Both the position numbers and the translations under genes were made by a program. Shown piece by piece: positions 1-12,054 of a stretch of DNA of 45,077 bases; position 1 is the first letter of the stretch, and the number at the start of each line of letters is the position of its first letter. A model generated the notes under the pieces. That model did not search any database, had not been told where the DNA came from, and saw only the letters and a program-made list of their open reading frames with translations. Source of the stretch: Corallochytrium limacisporum Hawaii (Eukaryota; Protista; Pluriformea); assembly GCA_002811645.1 (NCBI GenBank), contig PDIP01000012.1:1-45077 (forward strand). Reading direction: 5' to 3'.

Positions 1-129
1 CCCCCCTCCCCTCCCCTCCCCTCCCCTTCCACCACGTTGGACCTTGCGCTTCGTTTCTTTCTCTCTCTCTGTGGTGTCTTTCCATTCTCCATCTTTTTTT
101 CTCCGCCCCTGCCCCCCCTCCTGTTTCTA

Positions 130-1500
130 TGCTACTCAGTAACAGCTGCCAAAACAAGCATAGAAAACTGCAGAATGTGCTTGTGCACATTGGCAACCCG
201 TTCTCTGCATGTGGCGTTCATGTAGGTGGTGGCACAGAGACCAGATTCGGTGGATGGATTTCAATGGAGCACAGTCAACGAGTTAGGAGCAGCATAGCAA
301 AGAAGCAGTGTGCACACCAGCATCAGTTGAATATATTTGAAACCCTTAAAACCTCGTCATTGGATTCTGCAGGCATGCAGTACAACTTCGTGAATGAATG
401 GCTGTGTGACGATGAACAAAGAAGGAAAGAAAATCACCCTAGCACTTGTCGACATTGTCCCGTGGGCTATAGTGGAACAATGGGCCCAGGGAAAAATATG
501 AAGAAATTTTTCATTTCGCCCTCACACCTTCCATTCTCTCGCCTACACGCTGTGGGGACCCTTTGCAATAGTTAAGCAGTTCAGGTCGTATTACTAATGC
601 ACTTACATTTAGTATATCTCGGATCTATCGTTCGGGAGACATACCATGGGCGAGAGGGAGGGAGCAAGTGTGACCGTGTGGGTGTCCGTGAACTACCCCT
701 CCCCGACACGTACGAAGACTAAGGTGGAGCTCGTTTTCTTCCATAGTGAAAGTATCAGAGAAGATGGGTTGAAAAGTTCACCGGAACGATAACCATGGAC
801 ATCAACCCAAGACCAGACCGCCTGTTTCTCCGGAAAACAGAGTGCGTGTGTTTTGAACATCCCCCACGCGTCCAAGCCTAGCGTGTGCCTTATCAATACT
901 GTGTCCTTTGTCGTATGAAGAGCGCTCATGCCACCCCTCCCCTCTGTTACGATTCCGCTTGCTCCTCCGTTGTATCAAATCCTCAATTACATACATGTAC
1001 TTGCGGCCCAAGTTCCATTGGGTATCTTACCTGAGCACTTTGACCATGTGCTTCCAGGTCTTCGTGCTGGTCAAGGACCCACATTTGTCATGGTCTCCCG
1101 ATTTCATCACCACTCGTGCCCCAACCGGAATCAATCCCACATTTTCAGAGGTACGGTTCGTATGAACAACTCCAGGTCAAAAGTGGTAAACAGGAGGCAG
1201 AATGCAGGAGGAGAGGACGCAAGCGGATATAAGCTTGTAGGGTCTACTTGTTATTCTCTTGCTTGCCCTTGGCTTCAGACTTTCTACGTTCTCTTTTCTT
1301 GCAAGGCCCACCAAAATAAACTGTGTACCTCTCATGCAATAGTAATGATACCGGACAACGGGGAACTGTAGCAATATTATTCGCGCAGAAGTGTTCAAAG
1401 TCGGAGGTTGGCAACTACAGCAAAGTTCTGTTCCCCCGGATCAGTAATATTCTATACTCAACATATGGACACCGAAGGCTAGTCGAGCGTCCAATTGGGA
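130..1500 (-). mobile_element. Degenerate non-LTR (RTE-like) retrotransposon fossil: APE endonuclease, linker and N-half of RT
   Basis: Minus-strand reading with stops/frameshifts gives, in the expected order: SARIILLQFPV (EN 'RI..L.LP'), KTWKH..QWNL..YVI (EN 'TW.H...IDY'), DAWGMFKT (linker 'W..FK'), IRPELLNY ('I.PELLK'), IVPL*PTG ('IVPLYKKG'), MPAES-Q*RGFKG..STD ('LPESQCGFR..ST.D'), YMNATCRERV. Boundaries approximate. Confidence 0.55.
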
Positions 1501-2949
1501 TTCTAACGTGTCATGATTTCCGTTGCCATCCTCCCACTATTCCGTAAACACGCATAGAAGTATTGCAGTCATGGTCACTCTCAGCACTGAACATATTAGA
1601 AATGACCAGCGGGGCGTCCATGTGTGCCGAGGTTGTTTGATGTTCTCCATGGCGGCGCTGCGTGGACTTTGCACATGTGCATGATGTATATATCACTTAT
1701 AAGAGCCGGAGAATAGATGCGAACATGAGCACGAATATTTTTTTTTCTAGAACGAGACCACGACACTTACCCTTATTGACCGCGTGACGGAAGCAAGAGT
1801 ATTCGAGATATATTCCAGACGACTCGAAACGCCACGACCCCTATACTCAAGTCTGCGGCTGCAGTGTGCTGTATTGCACCCCAGTTGCATGGTTGCTGTT
1901 GACGATGTTTTCTTCGCATGTTCATTTCACACACAATATGTCAAACAATAGTTTGTAACTGAAGGAAATTGAGAGAAGTGAGCCGGGGAGCGAATAGGCT
2001 GCCGAAGCAGTGCTGACGATTTTCAGATCAATTTCTATACTGGTCCAGCTGTAATTGAGATTGCAAGCCTTCAACCGTGGGTATTTGGTAGGGTTGCGGT
2101 AGACTAAGGCAGCGGGATGGACCCCAAGCGTTCGTCTCGTCCTCCATATGACAAGATATCGTTGCCTATCGCGTAGTTCGGTCTCCAAATTGCCTGGATG
2201 TACAATCAAGTACGTTGGTTTTTCTGGGGTGGGGTCTCGTGAGGGGCGGTACCTTAGACAACGGATGACGCTACCTCAAACTGTTAAACAAAGATGCAGT
2301 CCTTTCAGTTCTGAAATGTGTGATAAAGGGTTTTCTCCTTCCTGCCTCTATGTGCTACGTATTCTAGAATAAGCAAAACTACAGTAACGTGGGGAGGGGT
2401 CTCGTGTACAGTTTGACTTTTGGTGACCAAGGTCCAGTTGGTTGTGGTAATTTTTTTGCCAAGCTGGTCATCCGCAAAGTTTCAGAACTGTGTCTCCTAG
2501 CCCTCCGCACCCTTTCTAAAAACCTCCAACACGAGAAATGTAAAAAAAAAAGAAGAAAATACACCTTGCTGAAAGAGCCATTCTCCGTTCTCGAACACAA
2601 AGGAAAACAAACTGAATTTTCCGTTTCTTAACGTTTCGGGAAAGTGGGCGAGAATAAAGGGAAAGACAATGAAGTGTTGTGGGCCTTCCGTTTGACACAA
2701 CTCTAGAGCACCCCGTGCAAAACAACCCTAGAAAACCACGGGACCCCGGTGCGCCCCCTTTCGCGTTGGGGATGCAGAGAATGAATGCACGTCACCTACT
2801 GCCATCCACTGACAATATATAGCGGCGTCGGCGCCGCAGGCAGTCTCAAACACAAAACAGATAGGAAAGATGGCATGACTACGTGTGTGAACGTCCTGTG
2901 AGGTCGCAATCGAGGTATTAAAAGGAATGGATACTAAATATATGGCACT

Positions 2950-3780
2950 ATGATCGCTGACGTTTATTAAGTGATCGGCTCCCTGCTGTTTTCAGTTCCA
3001 AGTTCAATCCCTATACATGTATCATTTAATAGTCAGATTTCACCTTCTTCTTTCTCCCTTGTATGTGATGCTGTTGTTCACAACAGTGGAAGCATATATG
3101 TCACTATACGTAGAAAGGCATCAATACATTCAATATGAATGCCATTGCGGACATTGGTGGGTAACCAATGCTACGTTCAAGTTCGAAGCTGACATCAATC
3201 ATCACCACACCCAACATACACAACAACCAATTAGGAACAAAGACCTTGTTTGTCCAACAATTTCCCTTTTTCCACAGAGTCCTCCATGTGGTCTCCCCAT
3301 TGCCCACACATGGACTATAGCGTTGACGCATGGCATTCATTTCATTCATCGTGTTCTGAAAACCCTGGATGTGATACATTTCCTTCCCTCACCGTCTCGA
3401 CAGGCTCAATGTAAACGTCGCGGACACGGCGGCAGTGGATACACCTCCCCTCCCTTCCCTCCCCCCCCCCTCCCCGGCAGCTGCATGTCTCCCTGTGCGG
3501 GAATCTTGTATGAGAAGCAGGAATATCACTGCCAAATTGTGTAGTGCAACAGGTGGTCGAGAAGGGCAGACACAGGAATGTTGTACTTTGTCGATATCAC
3601 TTGCAAAAACATGCACTGAGAACTAAGCCTCCCCACCACAAACACGATAATGAACAACATCCCTCTGTGTGGTATTCCTCTTTCATACTTAATACACTGC
3701 ATAAAACCTCAGGAGATCACGCACAGGATAGTTTTCGTACAGAATGGCGAACAATCACAACACGCATTGTGCGCTCTGTG
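2950..3780 (-). mobile_element. Degenerate non-LTR RT fossil (C-half of RT and thumb)
   Basis: ILYENYPVR, ERGIP..LFIIVF (motif 4), GFQNTMNEMNAMRQRYSPCVGNGET ('LQ.M.N.L....YGL.IN..KT'), CMLGVV..FELERSIG..AMAF, IYASTVVNNSITYKGE..*NLTIK ('IY...V...L.YG.E.W.LT'), in collinear order. Confidence 0.5.
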
Positions 3781-4899
3781 GGTAGCATGTGCACGACGTC
3801 AGTATGATTCTCTGCCACTCCCCTCCCTCCTCCTCTTGGGGCCCCTTGGTCGCTATTTTTGCTACTTAGTACCGAATGCACACCATTTCTTTCGCTACGT
3901 GGACGTTCCTTTTGCAGTTAACTCCGTGATGATGTTGCTGACCTGCGAGTTGTCACACCATTTGGTGTGCCTGAAGTATAACGTTTCTAGAATTGATTAT
4001 TCCATACCACGATTGGGAGGCGGGAGCGGCTGCATTATGATAATGACTGAAACATAGAGCAGGGGCAACCCGCGAAAGTGCGGGGCAATTTCTTAAAAAT
4101 CAATAAAGGGAGGGGTCCTTCCATAGATGAGCGTGCCGCGGTTTCCGTTTGTAGGTCAGGGTCAGGGAGTGGGCGCTACCCTTCGTCCGTGTCAGGTCGA
4201 TTGGTTCAATTAGATCCATACACTGGGTATGACATAAGGGCACAGAAAACCGGTTTGTGGTTACCCATACGACAGCTTTATCACTAGCTTCATTTTCTCT
4301 TTCTCGTTCCGGCAGTCTTTAGAGAAGGCGGAACGTCATCGAAGTTCCTTTGGTCGCTTGGTAGAGCTGTGGTTGCGGAACTCATCTTTTTTTAATACTG
4401 AGACAGTCTGGAAACAAAACTTGGTGCGCGGCGGAAAGAACAACATACGGAGAGTAGGATAAGGGTTTCCGTTTTGCGGGCTAAGCGTAAAACACTAGTA
4501 GGCCCCTCAAAGCCCGCCCGCGCCAACGAAATACGAAGGCAAACAATATATAAATTGGTAGTAACGGGTTCATCTGACCACCCTCCATGGTGGGCCACTA
4601 GAGTTGCCCATGTAATGCACATGGTTGTGTACCATGTTTTCGGCCTCGGAGTATATTCGGTGTGCTGCGCGTATACGGAGTACCAGAAGAAAAAAAAACA
4701 GGTACATTGCAGGGAACAAAAAACTACATATATTGGTCGCGCTTGCCTGTTCGATGGCTCCACCTTGGGGAGACACCATCTTTTTGACGCGGCGAGCATC
4801 TCATGCGAGGGCCAATATATTTCTGCATCCCGTAAAGCTTAAAAAAATCACATACATCACTAATACTGAAATGGTCATCACTTCCCAGCGATTTCGTTC

Positions 4900-5480
4900 T
4901 CGCCCATCTTGTTTGTTCTCCAAACTGTTCTTGCAGCGCAAGCGCTTTTTTCCTTCTGGGGATTAATGAAGACTGATTGTGTGGCTATTGTAGCTTAATT
5001 GAATGCGCGGCGCATACTAATCATTGTTTTTTGCCATATTGTTTGCATAGCCAATGTCGCAAATTGGGAGAGATGAGAAGAGAAAAAGAGAAGAAGTCGT
5101 CATTTTCCGACACGATGACAATCAAATACTCCAGCACGTCAAATTTCTGAGACCCTTAACGTATCTCCTCGAGCTCTGGTGTCACATGGTAATTAAGAGG
5201 TCCATTTTATACTGACTGTATGCGTTGACGAGTCCACTGACTCGCAATCTTGATATGGGGCCCTGAAAGAGGATTCCGTCTTCCTCTCGTCGTTTGATTT
5301 GCGCAAGTATGAATGAGAAACATGGCACGCTGACGGGTTGTAAAGTGTCCATGTGCGTAAATGTGGGTATGCACTCCGTCATAGTTCTATCATATAAACT
5401 GTACCGAAGATGCACCATGACATGTACGAGACATGCCATGACTGGACACGCGATGAATTCTATGGTGGGAAGAGATGAGA
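4900..5480 (-). mobile_element. Degenerate non-LTR RT fossil
   Basis: SLYDRTMT..PCFSFILAQI..DGILFQGPISRLR, then LEYLIVIVSEND ('F.YLG.IS.DG') and TIWQKTMISM.RAFN. Confidence 0.4.
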
Positions 5481-6208
5481 GCATACCAACGGGACAGTCG
5501 GTGGCTTTTCTCGGCTTTGGCCAAGATAAGTCTTGGGTCAAGCCGAAACAAAGGAAAAATTCAGAAGAAAAAACCTTTCTTTCCTTTCACCACGGCACAG
5601 CTCGAGCCGACGGTCTCTATGGTCCCACCACAGTGCGCTGCGGCGTTTGCACGTCGTTCTTGTGCTCTCCCCCTCGGTCCGCCATTTCTGAAATTGGCTT
5701 TTCCCTTTCCGTCGTGCTCCTCCTGTGTCCTCACCCTCCCCCCGCGCTCGCGCTCCCAGACGTATCTATAGTGAAAGTACGCTACTTTCAAGTGAACATG
5801 CAAGCCGAGGTGAAAAAGAAAAAAATAATCAGAGTTGCCCACACATTCACCACAGACACCCTTTTTTGGTCTATCTCAGTGTCCGTCCCGGTCCTCTGCC
5901 CCCAGTAGAGCAGCAGGGACTGCTTTCGAGGAAAAGGTATAATCCACCGCTGATTCTTATGAGTGAGCGCTGATATCCCTTGACGCACTGCTCATACTCG
6001 TTTCATCTCTCCCTTTCAGTTCTTTCCTGGTTATTCGTGGATACAAACACATTCAATTGAAAACTTTTCATTCACAGGAACTCTAGCCTTTTGGGCAGCT
6101 GACAAAGCCAGCAAGACCGGGATAGTGAGGCACAGTGAGTGAGGAACAGGGGGGGGGAGGCAGAGTAACGTCAGGGGGAAGAGGGGGGGGATAGACAGGC
6201 AACTGTGG

Positions 6209-6442
6209 NNNNNNNNNNNNNNNNNNNNNNNNNNNNNNNNNNNNNNNNNNNNNNNNNNNNNNNNNNNNNNNNNNNNNNNNNNNNNNNNNNNNNNNNNNNN
6301 NNNNNNNNNNNNNNNNNNNNNNNNNNNNNNNNNNNNNNNNNNNNNNNNNNNNNNNNNNNNNNNNNNNNNNNNNNNNNNNNNNNNNNNNNNNNNNNNNNNN
6401 NNNNNNNNNNNNNNNNNNNNNNNNNNNNNNNNNNNNNNNNNN
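6209..6442. other. Assembly gap (N run)
   Basis: N run within a G-rich low-complexity island. Confidence 0.99.
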
Positions 6443-7479
6443 GGGACGAGAAGGGGGGTTGGAGGGGGGCCTCAATTTCTCATCTGATCAGGTGCCTCCC
6501 GCCCTCCCGAGTCCTGGGTTGTCTCATACTGAATGAACCGGAACGAGCCCATCCCGGGCTGGAGGGGGAAGGGGAAAAGGGGGAGAGACGATGGGAGGGT
6601 CACGGTGGGGAGGGGACCAATTATTTCTTCACAGGGCCGACCCCCCCCCGGGGGGGGGACGTTTGGCCTTGCGGGAAGTCTTTTGGACTGAGCAACAAAA
6701 ACACGGCTCCCCAACGAAACTTGTCTCGCACAATGGTCTCTCAGATCTTTCACGCCATGGCCCCCGGTGTGCAATAATAAATATTCCTAAATTCAAGAGG
6801 AGAAGAAATTTTTTTTCAAACTCCCAAGTTCTCGAATTTTTTTGCCTCCAGGCCTCGCTGTTGTCGCACACGAGCTCAGAAAGGGCTGGGCAAGCGAGAG
6901 TTTCGTACTTTTTCAGGCGAGTCCTCAACGAACACAGAGGGCTCGGTACCAACGGCTCAGAGCAAGGGAGGGTAGACGAGAGCCGCACACACACACACAC
7001 AACACAACAAACGAAGGTCTCGCTATCTTGTCTCTTCGTTCGTTTAAACCCTCCCCCCTCCTCCCGCGGCCCTCCCCCCTCTGGCTTTGGCTCTATCTTG
7101 TGGTCACTGCGTCTTCGTAAGGGACATTTCTGTAGTTAATGAACTGCTTTCTTTGTCCTTTCTCGTCCGTTGCAAAAAGTCATTCCTTTCTCGCTGTCTC
7201 TCTTTCTCTCTCTCTATTCCCCCTCTGGCCTCTCTCTCCCCCTGCGCTCGAACTTTTTTTCCTTTTTTTTTTGTCCCCGCTCGCTGTGCGCTCGTAGGCA
7301 ACTGTGACTTTGGCTGTCCATTCTGACTGGCACCAAAACCCAAGCATTACAAATTTACATATAAAATATATGGTGAGAGCCGTTGGCTTCGGTGCACTTT
7401 GCTTCGACTCCGGTTAGGCGTCTGATCCCGTATTCTCCTGCTTAGCATTGTGCTATCCCCAGAGACAGAAAGGGGGGAG

Positions 7480-7880
7480 CTCATGGTGGAGTCCCGCTGT
7501 ACCGCGGGGCGTGTCTTGTGGTGTTACCACCTCTTTCATATTTGTCTTGCATCAATTGTCACGCTCTTGACGAAACCAAGGTAAGGGTTTCTTTTTAAGG
7601 GTTTGATGTGTTCTTGCCATACTAGGGCTGCCATTAGCAAATAAAGGATCTAATGAGTGTATCATGATACGGTGGTACTTCAGAGAATGAATGGGCTGAA
7701 ATCATTGTTAAACAATTTGAGAAAACATTACTACAAAATCAACGATCAACGGGTACTTTCTTCTTGAACCTATTTCGGAACACCACTGCATAGTCAGACC
7801 TGGGTGAAGATTTTTATCTTTAGACAGAACTGGACGCTGACTTCAATGGCAGAAAGCAACTGCTGTACTCTATAAAAAAG
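7480..7880 (+). mobile_element. Degenerate non-LTR RT fossil directly upstream of the GATA gene
   Basis: AVPRGVSC..SFIFVLHQLSRS*RNQGKGFFL (motif 4 'GVPQG..SP.LFI..L..L.R.L..G.G') and NGLKSLLNNLRKHYYKIN (motif 6). Confidence 0.4.
7871..7878 (+). promoter_or_regulatory. Candidate TATA box for the PAS-GATA gene
   Basis: TATAAAAA about 170 nt upstream of ATG 8040, followed by an A-rich leader and GCCATG context. Confidence 0.35.
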
Positions 7881-8039
7881 CGAACGGAAACGAACCCTCT
7901 TTAAAAGAGATTCACAAGAAGTCTTCGGGACTTGGACTCACAAGAAACTTTATCTACTGCAACGGACAGCAGATAAAAAGTAATCCAAAGCCTTTAGGGC
8001 TAACTTCTTTTCAAGCAAAGACACAAAGAAACAGAAGCC

Positions 8040-10226
8040 ATGCAACGCAGTGCATCGGCACCATACGGCGACGCCCTCAGCTCAGCCGTCGGGGACATGA
8101 TTGGTATGGACCTCGGAAAGCTGGAAGAAATTGAAAATGACTTCTTCAACAATAACACCAACAGTGGGGATAACAAGGACATGGATATGGACATGGGTGA
8201 TGCTTCTCAGATGAGTGGCGGTCTGCGGCGGGCGGCGACTGTGGAAGCTGCCCTCGGCGGCGGTCTTAAGCAGGCTGGCGACAACTTTGGGTCCCAGTCC
8301 TCTGTTGGACCGTCCAACTCCTTCTCTTTGCAGCGCAGTGATTCTGTGAACGGCTCAGGCGGACTTCGCAACTCTCGCAGCCAGTTGCGTGCCGGAGCTG
8401 CTCCTTACGACCTGGGCAACCGCCGCAAGAGCTCACAGTCCCGCGGCAGCCCCCCGAACCTGGGAGCTACCTCTCCTATGAACCAGGAAATGGAGGGTGC
8501 CATTCGTCAGGGCCGTGATGCAAGCCCTACTGACTATCAGTCCAATATTGATGGATCCGAAGGCGGCAGCGAGTTTGGTCTCAGTTCTGCCTCCAACATG
8601 ATTTTCGACGCGAACGACCCGGTGTCGTTGGCTGACCATCACGCGATTGACAGCATGAAGCAGAACTTCAGAAACCAGATGCAGAGCACGGGAAGCACGC
8701 CCATTCTGGAAGATGGAGGTCTTGCCGCCCACACCCACCAGCCGGCCCGCCGCATGCACAAGTCTCTGAGCCGGGAGAGCGACCGGTCCCTGGCAGCCAC
8801 ATCCATGGAGCAAATTGCACCGGACTCTCGCCAGCAGCTTGCCAACGCACTTCGCGCTGCTCGTGGTTTTGGATCTCAGAGTGATTTGCACCTGGGCGCA
8901 GACAAGGATGCCAACAAGGTCGGTGATGCCGCGGGCGGCCAACACCAATACTTCAACCCCTTCTCCATCAGCGTGGAAGCCAGTGGTCGCATCAGCAATG
9001 CCCAGACCCAGGCCGCTGATGTTCTCGGTGTGCCCATGGAAATGCTTATCGGACGACCTCTTCTGGAGTTCGTGCATGCCCCTGATGCCATCACCGTAAC
9101 TCAGGTACTGCAACGCGTCGCTCGCCAGGGTGGCGTCCACAAGATGAAGTTCCGCATGGCCTCTCGTCGTCTGAACAACCTCCTGTGGGTGCAGATTGAC
9201 GTAGGTGTTGTCAACAAGATGGGACAGATGAACCCAGCTGGCACGGCCGCAACTGCTGATGGTTGCTACTACAAATTGGATGTGATGTCCACTGTCCAGA
9301 ACAACAACGGAAGCCAGAAGCCCAAACAGGGCCTGCCCAACGTCTTCAGCTCCAGTGTCGGCTCTCTGCCGATTGAGGACAATGAAGTTGCCGAGGCAAT
9401 GCAGTCCAACAACATGCAGGCCATGATGGAGATTGTAATGCGCATGCGTCGGGAGAACGGCGAATTGCGTTCCACCGTTGCTGCCATGGCGTCTGTCATG
9501 TCGGACCAACAGAAGGCTCAGGTCAGCGCTCAGCTGGTCGCTCAGAAGCAGCAGCAGCAGCGTGCCGCTGTAAACCGTGTGCCAAGTCTGTCTATGCCTC
9601 AGAACCCCGCTGGATTCGGGCAAAACTTCAACCCACAGTCACCTGGCAGTATGCTGAATCGCATGAACCGGATGGCACTGTCCAACCCCGGCACTGGCCA
9701 GTTCACTGCTGGCGGCATGCAGAGCAACAATCTGCCCTGGTCCACTGGTGCTGGCCTGTCAAGCCAGAAGGGCCCTGCCCGTAAGTCTGGTGGCATGAAG
9801 CCCAACCAGGACAAGGCTTGCTCCGAGTGCCACACGACCCAGTCTCCGGAATGGCGCCGTGGTCCTCTGGGACCCAAGACCATGTGCAACGCCTGTGGTC
9901 TACGGTACGCGAAGAAGGTGAAGCAGATTCAGATGCAGCAACAAAAGCAGCAAGAAGCCCAACAGGCGCAGCAGCAGCAGCAGCAGCAGCCGCAGGGCCA
10001 GAATGCAACTGCAGCCAGCAAGCCAAGTCTTAGCCAAACTCCCAACGCAAGCACCGCTGGCGGTGTTTCCACCGGTCAGGCTGACAACGACTCTGGTAGT
10101 TCTGGTGTGAAATCTGCTTCCAACAGCATCGACGACATGCACAAGGAGATGCAGCGCGAGAACATTGACACTGATGCCTATGACTTCAACAATCTCATCG
10201 GCCAGAGCGAGATGCTCAGTGCGTAA
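8040..10226 (+). CDS. PAS domain + coiled coil + GATA zinc finger transcription factor, White Collar-2-like (728 aa)
   Basis: [33 protein letters not shown] (CX2C-X18-CX2C, WC-type finger); PAS-like segment [32 protein letters not shown]; [15 protein letters not shown] resembles the WC-2 coiled coil; polyQ; C/G-ending codon bias. Confidence 0.9.
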   Translation: MQRSASAPYGDALSSAVGDMIGMDLGKLEEIENDFFNNNTNSGDNKDMDMDMGDASQMSGGLRRAATVEAALGGGLKQAGDNFGSQSSVGPSNSFSLQRSDSVNGSGGLRNSRSQLRAGAAPYDLGNRRKSSQSRGSPPNLGATSPMNQEMEGAIRQGRDASPTDYQSNIDGSEGGSEFGLSSASNMIFDANDPVSLADHHAIDSMKQNFRNQMQSTGSTPILEDGGLAAHTHQPARRMHKSLSRESDRSLAATSMEQIAPDSRQQLANALRAARGFGSQSDLHLGADKDANKVGDAAGGQHQYFNPFSISVEASGRISNAQTQAADVLGVPMEMLIGRPLLEFVHAPDAITVTQVLQRVARQGGVHKMKFRMASRRLNNLLWVQIDVGVVNKMGQMNPAGTAATADGCYYKLDVMSTVQNNNGSQKPKQGLPNVFSSSVGSLPIEDNEVAEAMQSNNMQAMMEIVMRMRRENGELRSTVAAMASVMSDQQKAQVSAQLVAQKQQQQRAAVNRVPSLSMPQNPAGFGQNFNPQSPGSMLNRMNRMALSNPGTGQFTAGGMQSNNLPWSTGAGLSSQKGPARKSGGMKPNQDKACSECHTTQSPEWRRGPLGPKTMCNACGLRYAKKVKQIQMQQQKQQEAQQAQQQQQQQPQGQNATAASKPSLSQTPNASTAGGVSTGQADNDSGSSGVKSASNSIDDMHKEMQRENIDTDAYDFNNLIGQSEMLSA

Positions 10227-10317
10227 AGAACATCCGTGTAGTACTATCAACAAAATCCTGGCATTGCATCATCAAGACGATCCATCTCTTCCATGTTCAA
10301 AATCTTTCTATGATATA

Positions 10318-10323
10318 AATAAA
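10318..10323 (+). terminator. Candidate polyadenylation signal AATAAA
   Basis: AATAAA in an AT-rich patch about 90 nt after the GATA gene stop. Confidence 0.45.
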
Positions 10324-10379
10324 TAATACTCTCTGTTTACAAAAAAGGGTACTTACGAACGTGCATGCACCGAATGCTC

Positions 10380-11030
10380 AGTCCCTCAGGCAGATCGCCA
10401 CTTGGACGGCATCTCTGTCCTCATCAAAAGTGTAATATCCGGGAGTCCTTAAATTGAAGTTAATCTCTAGCAGAAAAATGAGGATAAGTACATACGGAAT
10501 AATTTTAAATGTCTCAAATGTTTCCTCCGGCTGTCGATCCTGCCCTTTCTTCCGGCCGGGTTGCCCCTCCTTTCCCCGGAGGGGCGGCGGGGTGCCCCGG
10601 GGGCCGCCCTTAGCCAGTCTCCCCCCCCCTCCCCACTTCCCTCCCCCACTTTTACAGCCCGCAGGTCCATTTCCCCCTTGCTCCAACTCTCCTCTCACCC
10701 GGTGCGCCTCCCACCCTCACAAGCCTTCGTCAGTTCTTCTTTGGACTACTGCAAAGGACCGGAGGACAAAACGAAAGAATCGAAGGGCGCCGAGGACTGC
10801 CACAAGTCCGCACCTCATGAACAAAAGGAATTCGAAGGCGGGCCTTCCCTTGCATCCTCCACTTTCTCAGCCCCCACGTGTGTGGCATAAATCAGAGCGA
10901 TATTCTCTCAGGTTGTCTCAGTTGTGAGCTCACTCGTAGGCGGGGACCCATCCACCGTGTCACACATCACTCCGCCACCACAACGCTGTTGTGCCTGGGG
11001 TCAAGCATAACTGACCCGCACCGGTTCATG
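10380..11030 (+). mobile_element. Degenerate non-LTR RT fossil interrupted by a C-rich island
   Basis: DGISVLIKSV (motif 1 'RGISLL'), SGCRSC (motif 2), [island about 10550-10720], SSLDYCKG..KSAPHE (motif 3), LSQPPRV/CGINQSDILSGCL (motif 4). Confidence 0.45.
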
Positions 11031-11082
11031 ACCGCCCCTCGCTATTTCCCCTCATCCCCACCGGACAGGGGAGAGGGGGGGG

Positions 11083-11196
11083 NNNNNNNNNNNNNNNNNN
11101 NNNNNNNNNNNNNNNNNNNNNNNNNNNNNNNNNNNNNNNNNNNNNNNNNNNNNNNNNNNNNNNNNNNNNNNNNNNNNNNNNNNNNNNNNNNNNNNN
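11083..11196. other. Assembly gap (N run)
   Basis: N run flanked by a G-run on the left and a C-run on the right. Confidence 0.99.
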
Positions 11197-11845
11197 CCCC
11201 CCCCCCCCCCCCGGCGGGGGGGGGGGGGGGGGGGGGGGGGGGACCGGTGGTTAAGTCATCCCCTCCAGGACTCGGGATCGGTCCGAGAGAAAGAAATATT
11301 CGAGCTTAAAATATTTCAAATATATTTCATATTGATTCGAATTCAGGACCACGGGTACCGGGGACGGCCCCCCCCCCTTCTTTCCTCTACGCCCCCCGGG
11401 GGGTGGGTGAAGCCTGGTCATTGGCTGGTCCCCGCAGACGTTTGGCCCGCGGGCACATGGGAAAAGGGAGGACAGATGAGACACAGAGTCCCCGCGCGCA
11501 AGGCGGAGAGCGATGGCCAGAGTGTTGCTGTGAAGGAAGTGGGGGGAGGGCAACACAACACAACGGGCCCAAAGGATATCACCACCGTGCGCATGTGTCC
11601 GTATGCACGACATGCATGGCATGCCCAAAAATTAAGGGGCCACAGGAAAAACAAGGCCCAAACGCAAAGGGGCACACACGCGCAGCCCAAACCTCCCCCC
11701 CCCCACAACCGACGGGCCCTGCGAACACGGAAGGCGGCAGCGCAGCGATGGGGGCCCAAAAAAAAAAAGGAGGGGGGTAACCAAAGCAAAAAGTCGGGGC
11801 ATAGAAACGGCTGATACAAAAAAAGGGACGCGAGGGGAGACAGAG

Positions 11846-11877
<32 letters not shown>

Positions 11878-12054
11878 CTCTCCCCGGGGGCCCAATTTTT
11901 TAACCTTTGGTCCCTGCTCCTTCCCCGGGCCTCCCGGGGGGGCCCCTTCCCTTCGACTCCTCGGCCGGATTGGCTGCGCTCCCTTTGGTTCCCCCCCCCC
12001 TCCCTTCCTTTTTGTTCCGGAACTCTCTCTGTCCCTGTCTCTCTGCGCCCCCCC

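Noticed and set aside
129-575. Plus-strand ORF with TETRFGGWISM, resembling the hAT transposase TRW motif
   Set aside because: Single motif only; the minus strand gives several collinear RT motifs over the same bases.
7373-7852. Possible 5' UTR intron (GTGAG at 7373 or GTAAGG at 7581, to CTGAC..CAG at 7852)
   Set aside because: No transcript evidence; such motifs are frequent by chance and the region reads as an RT fossil.
8433-9623. 396-aa antisense ORF and similar shadows over CCT7, SBP2, the FMO and the TerB-like gene
   Set aside because: Mirror frames produced by the codon bias of the real genes.
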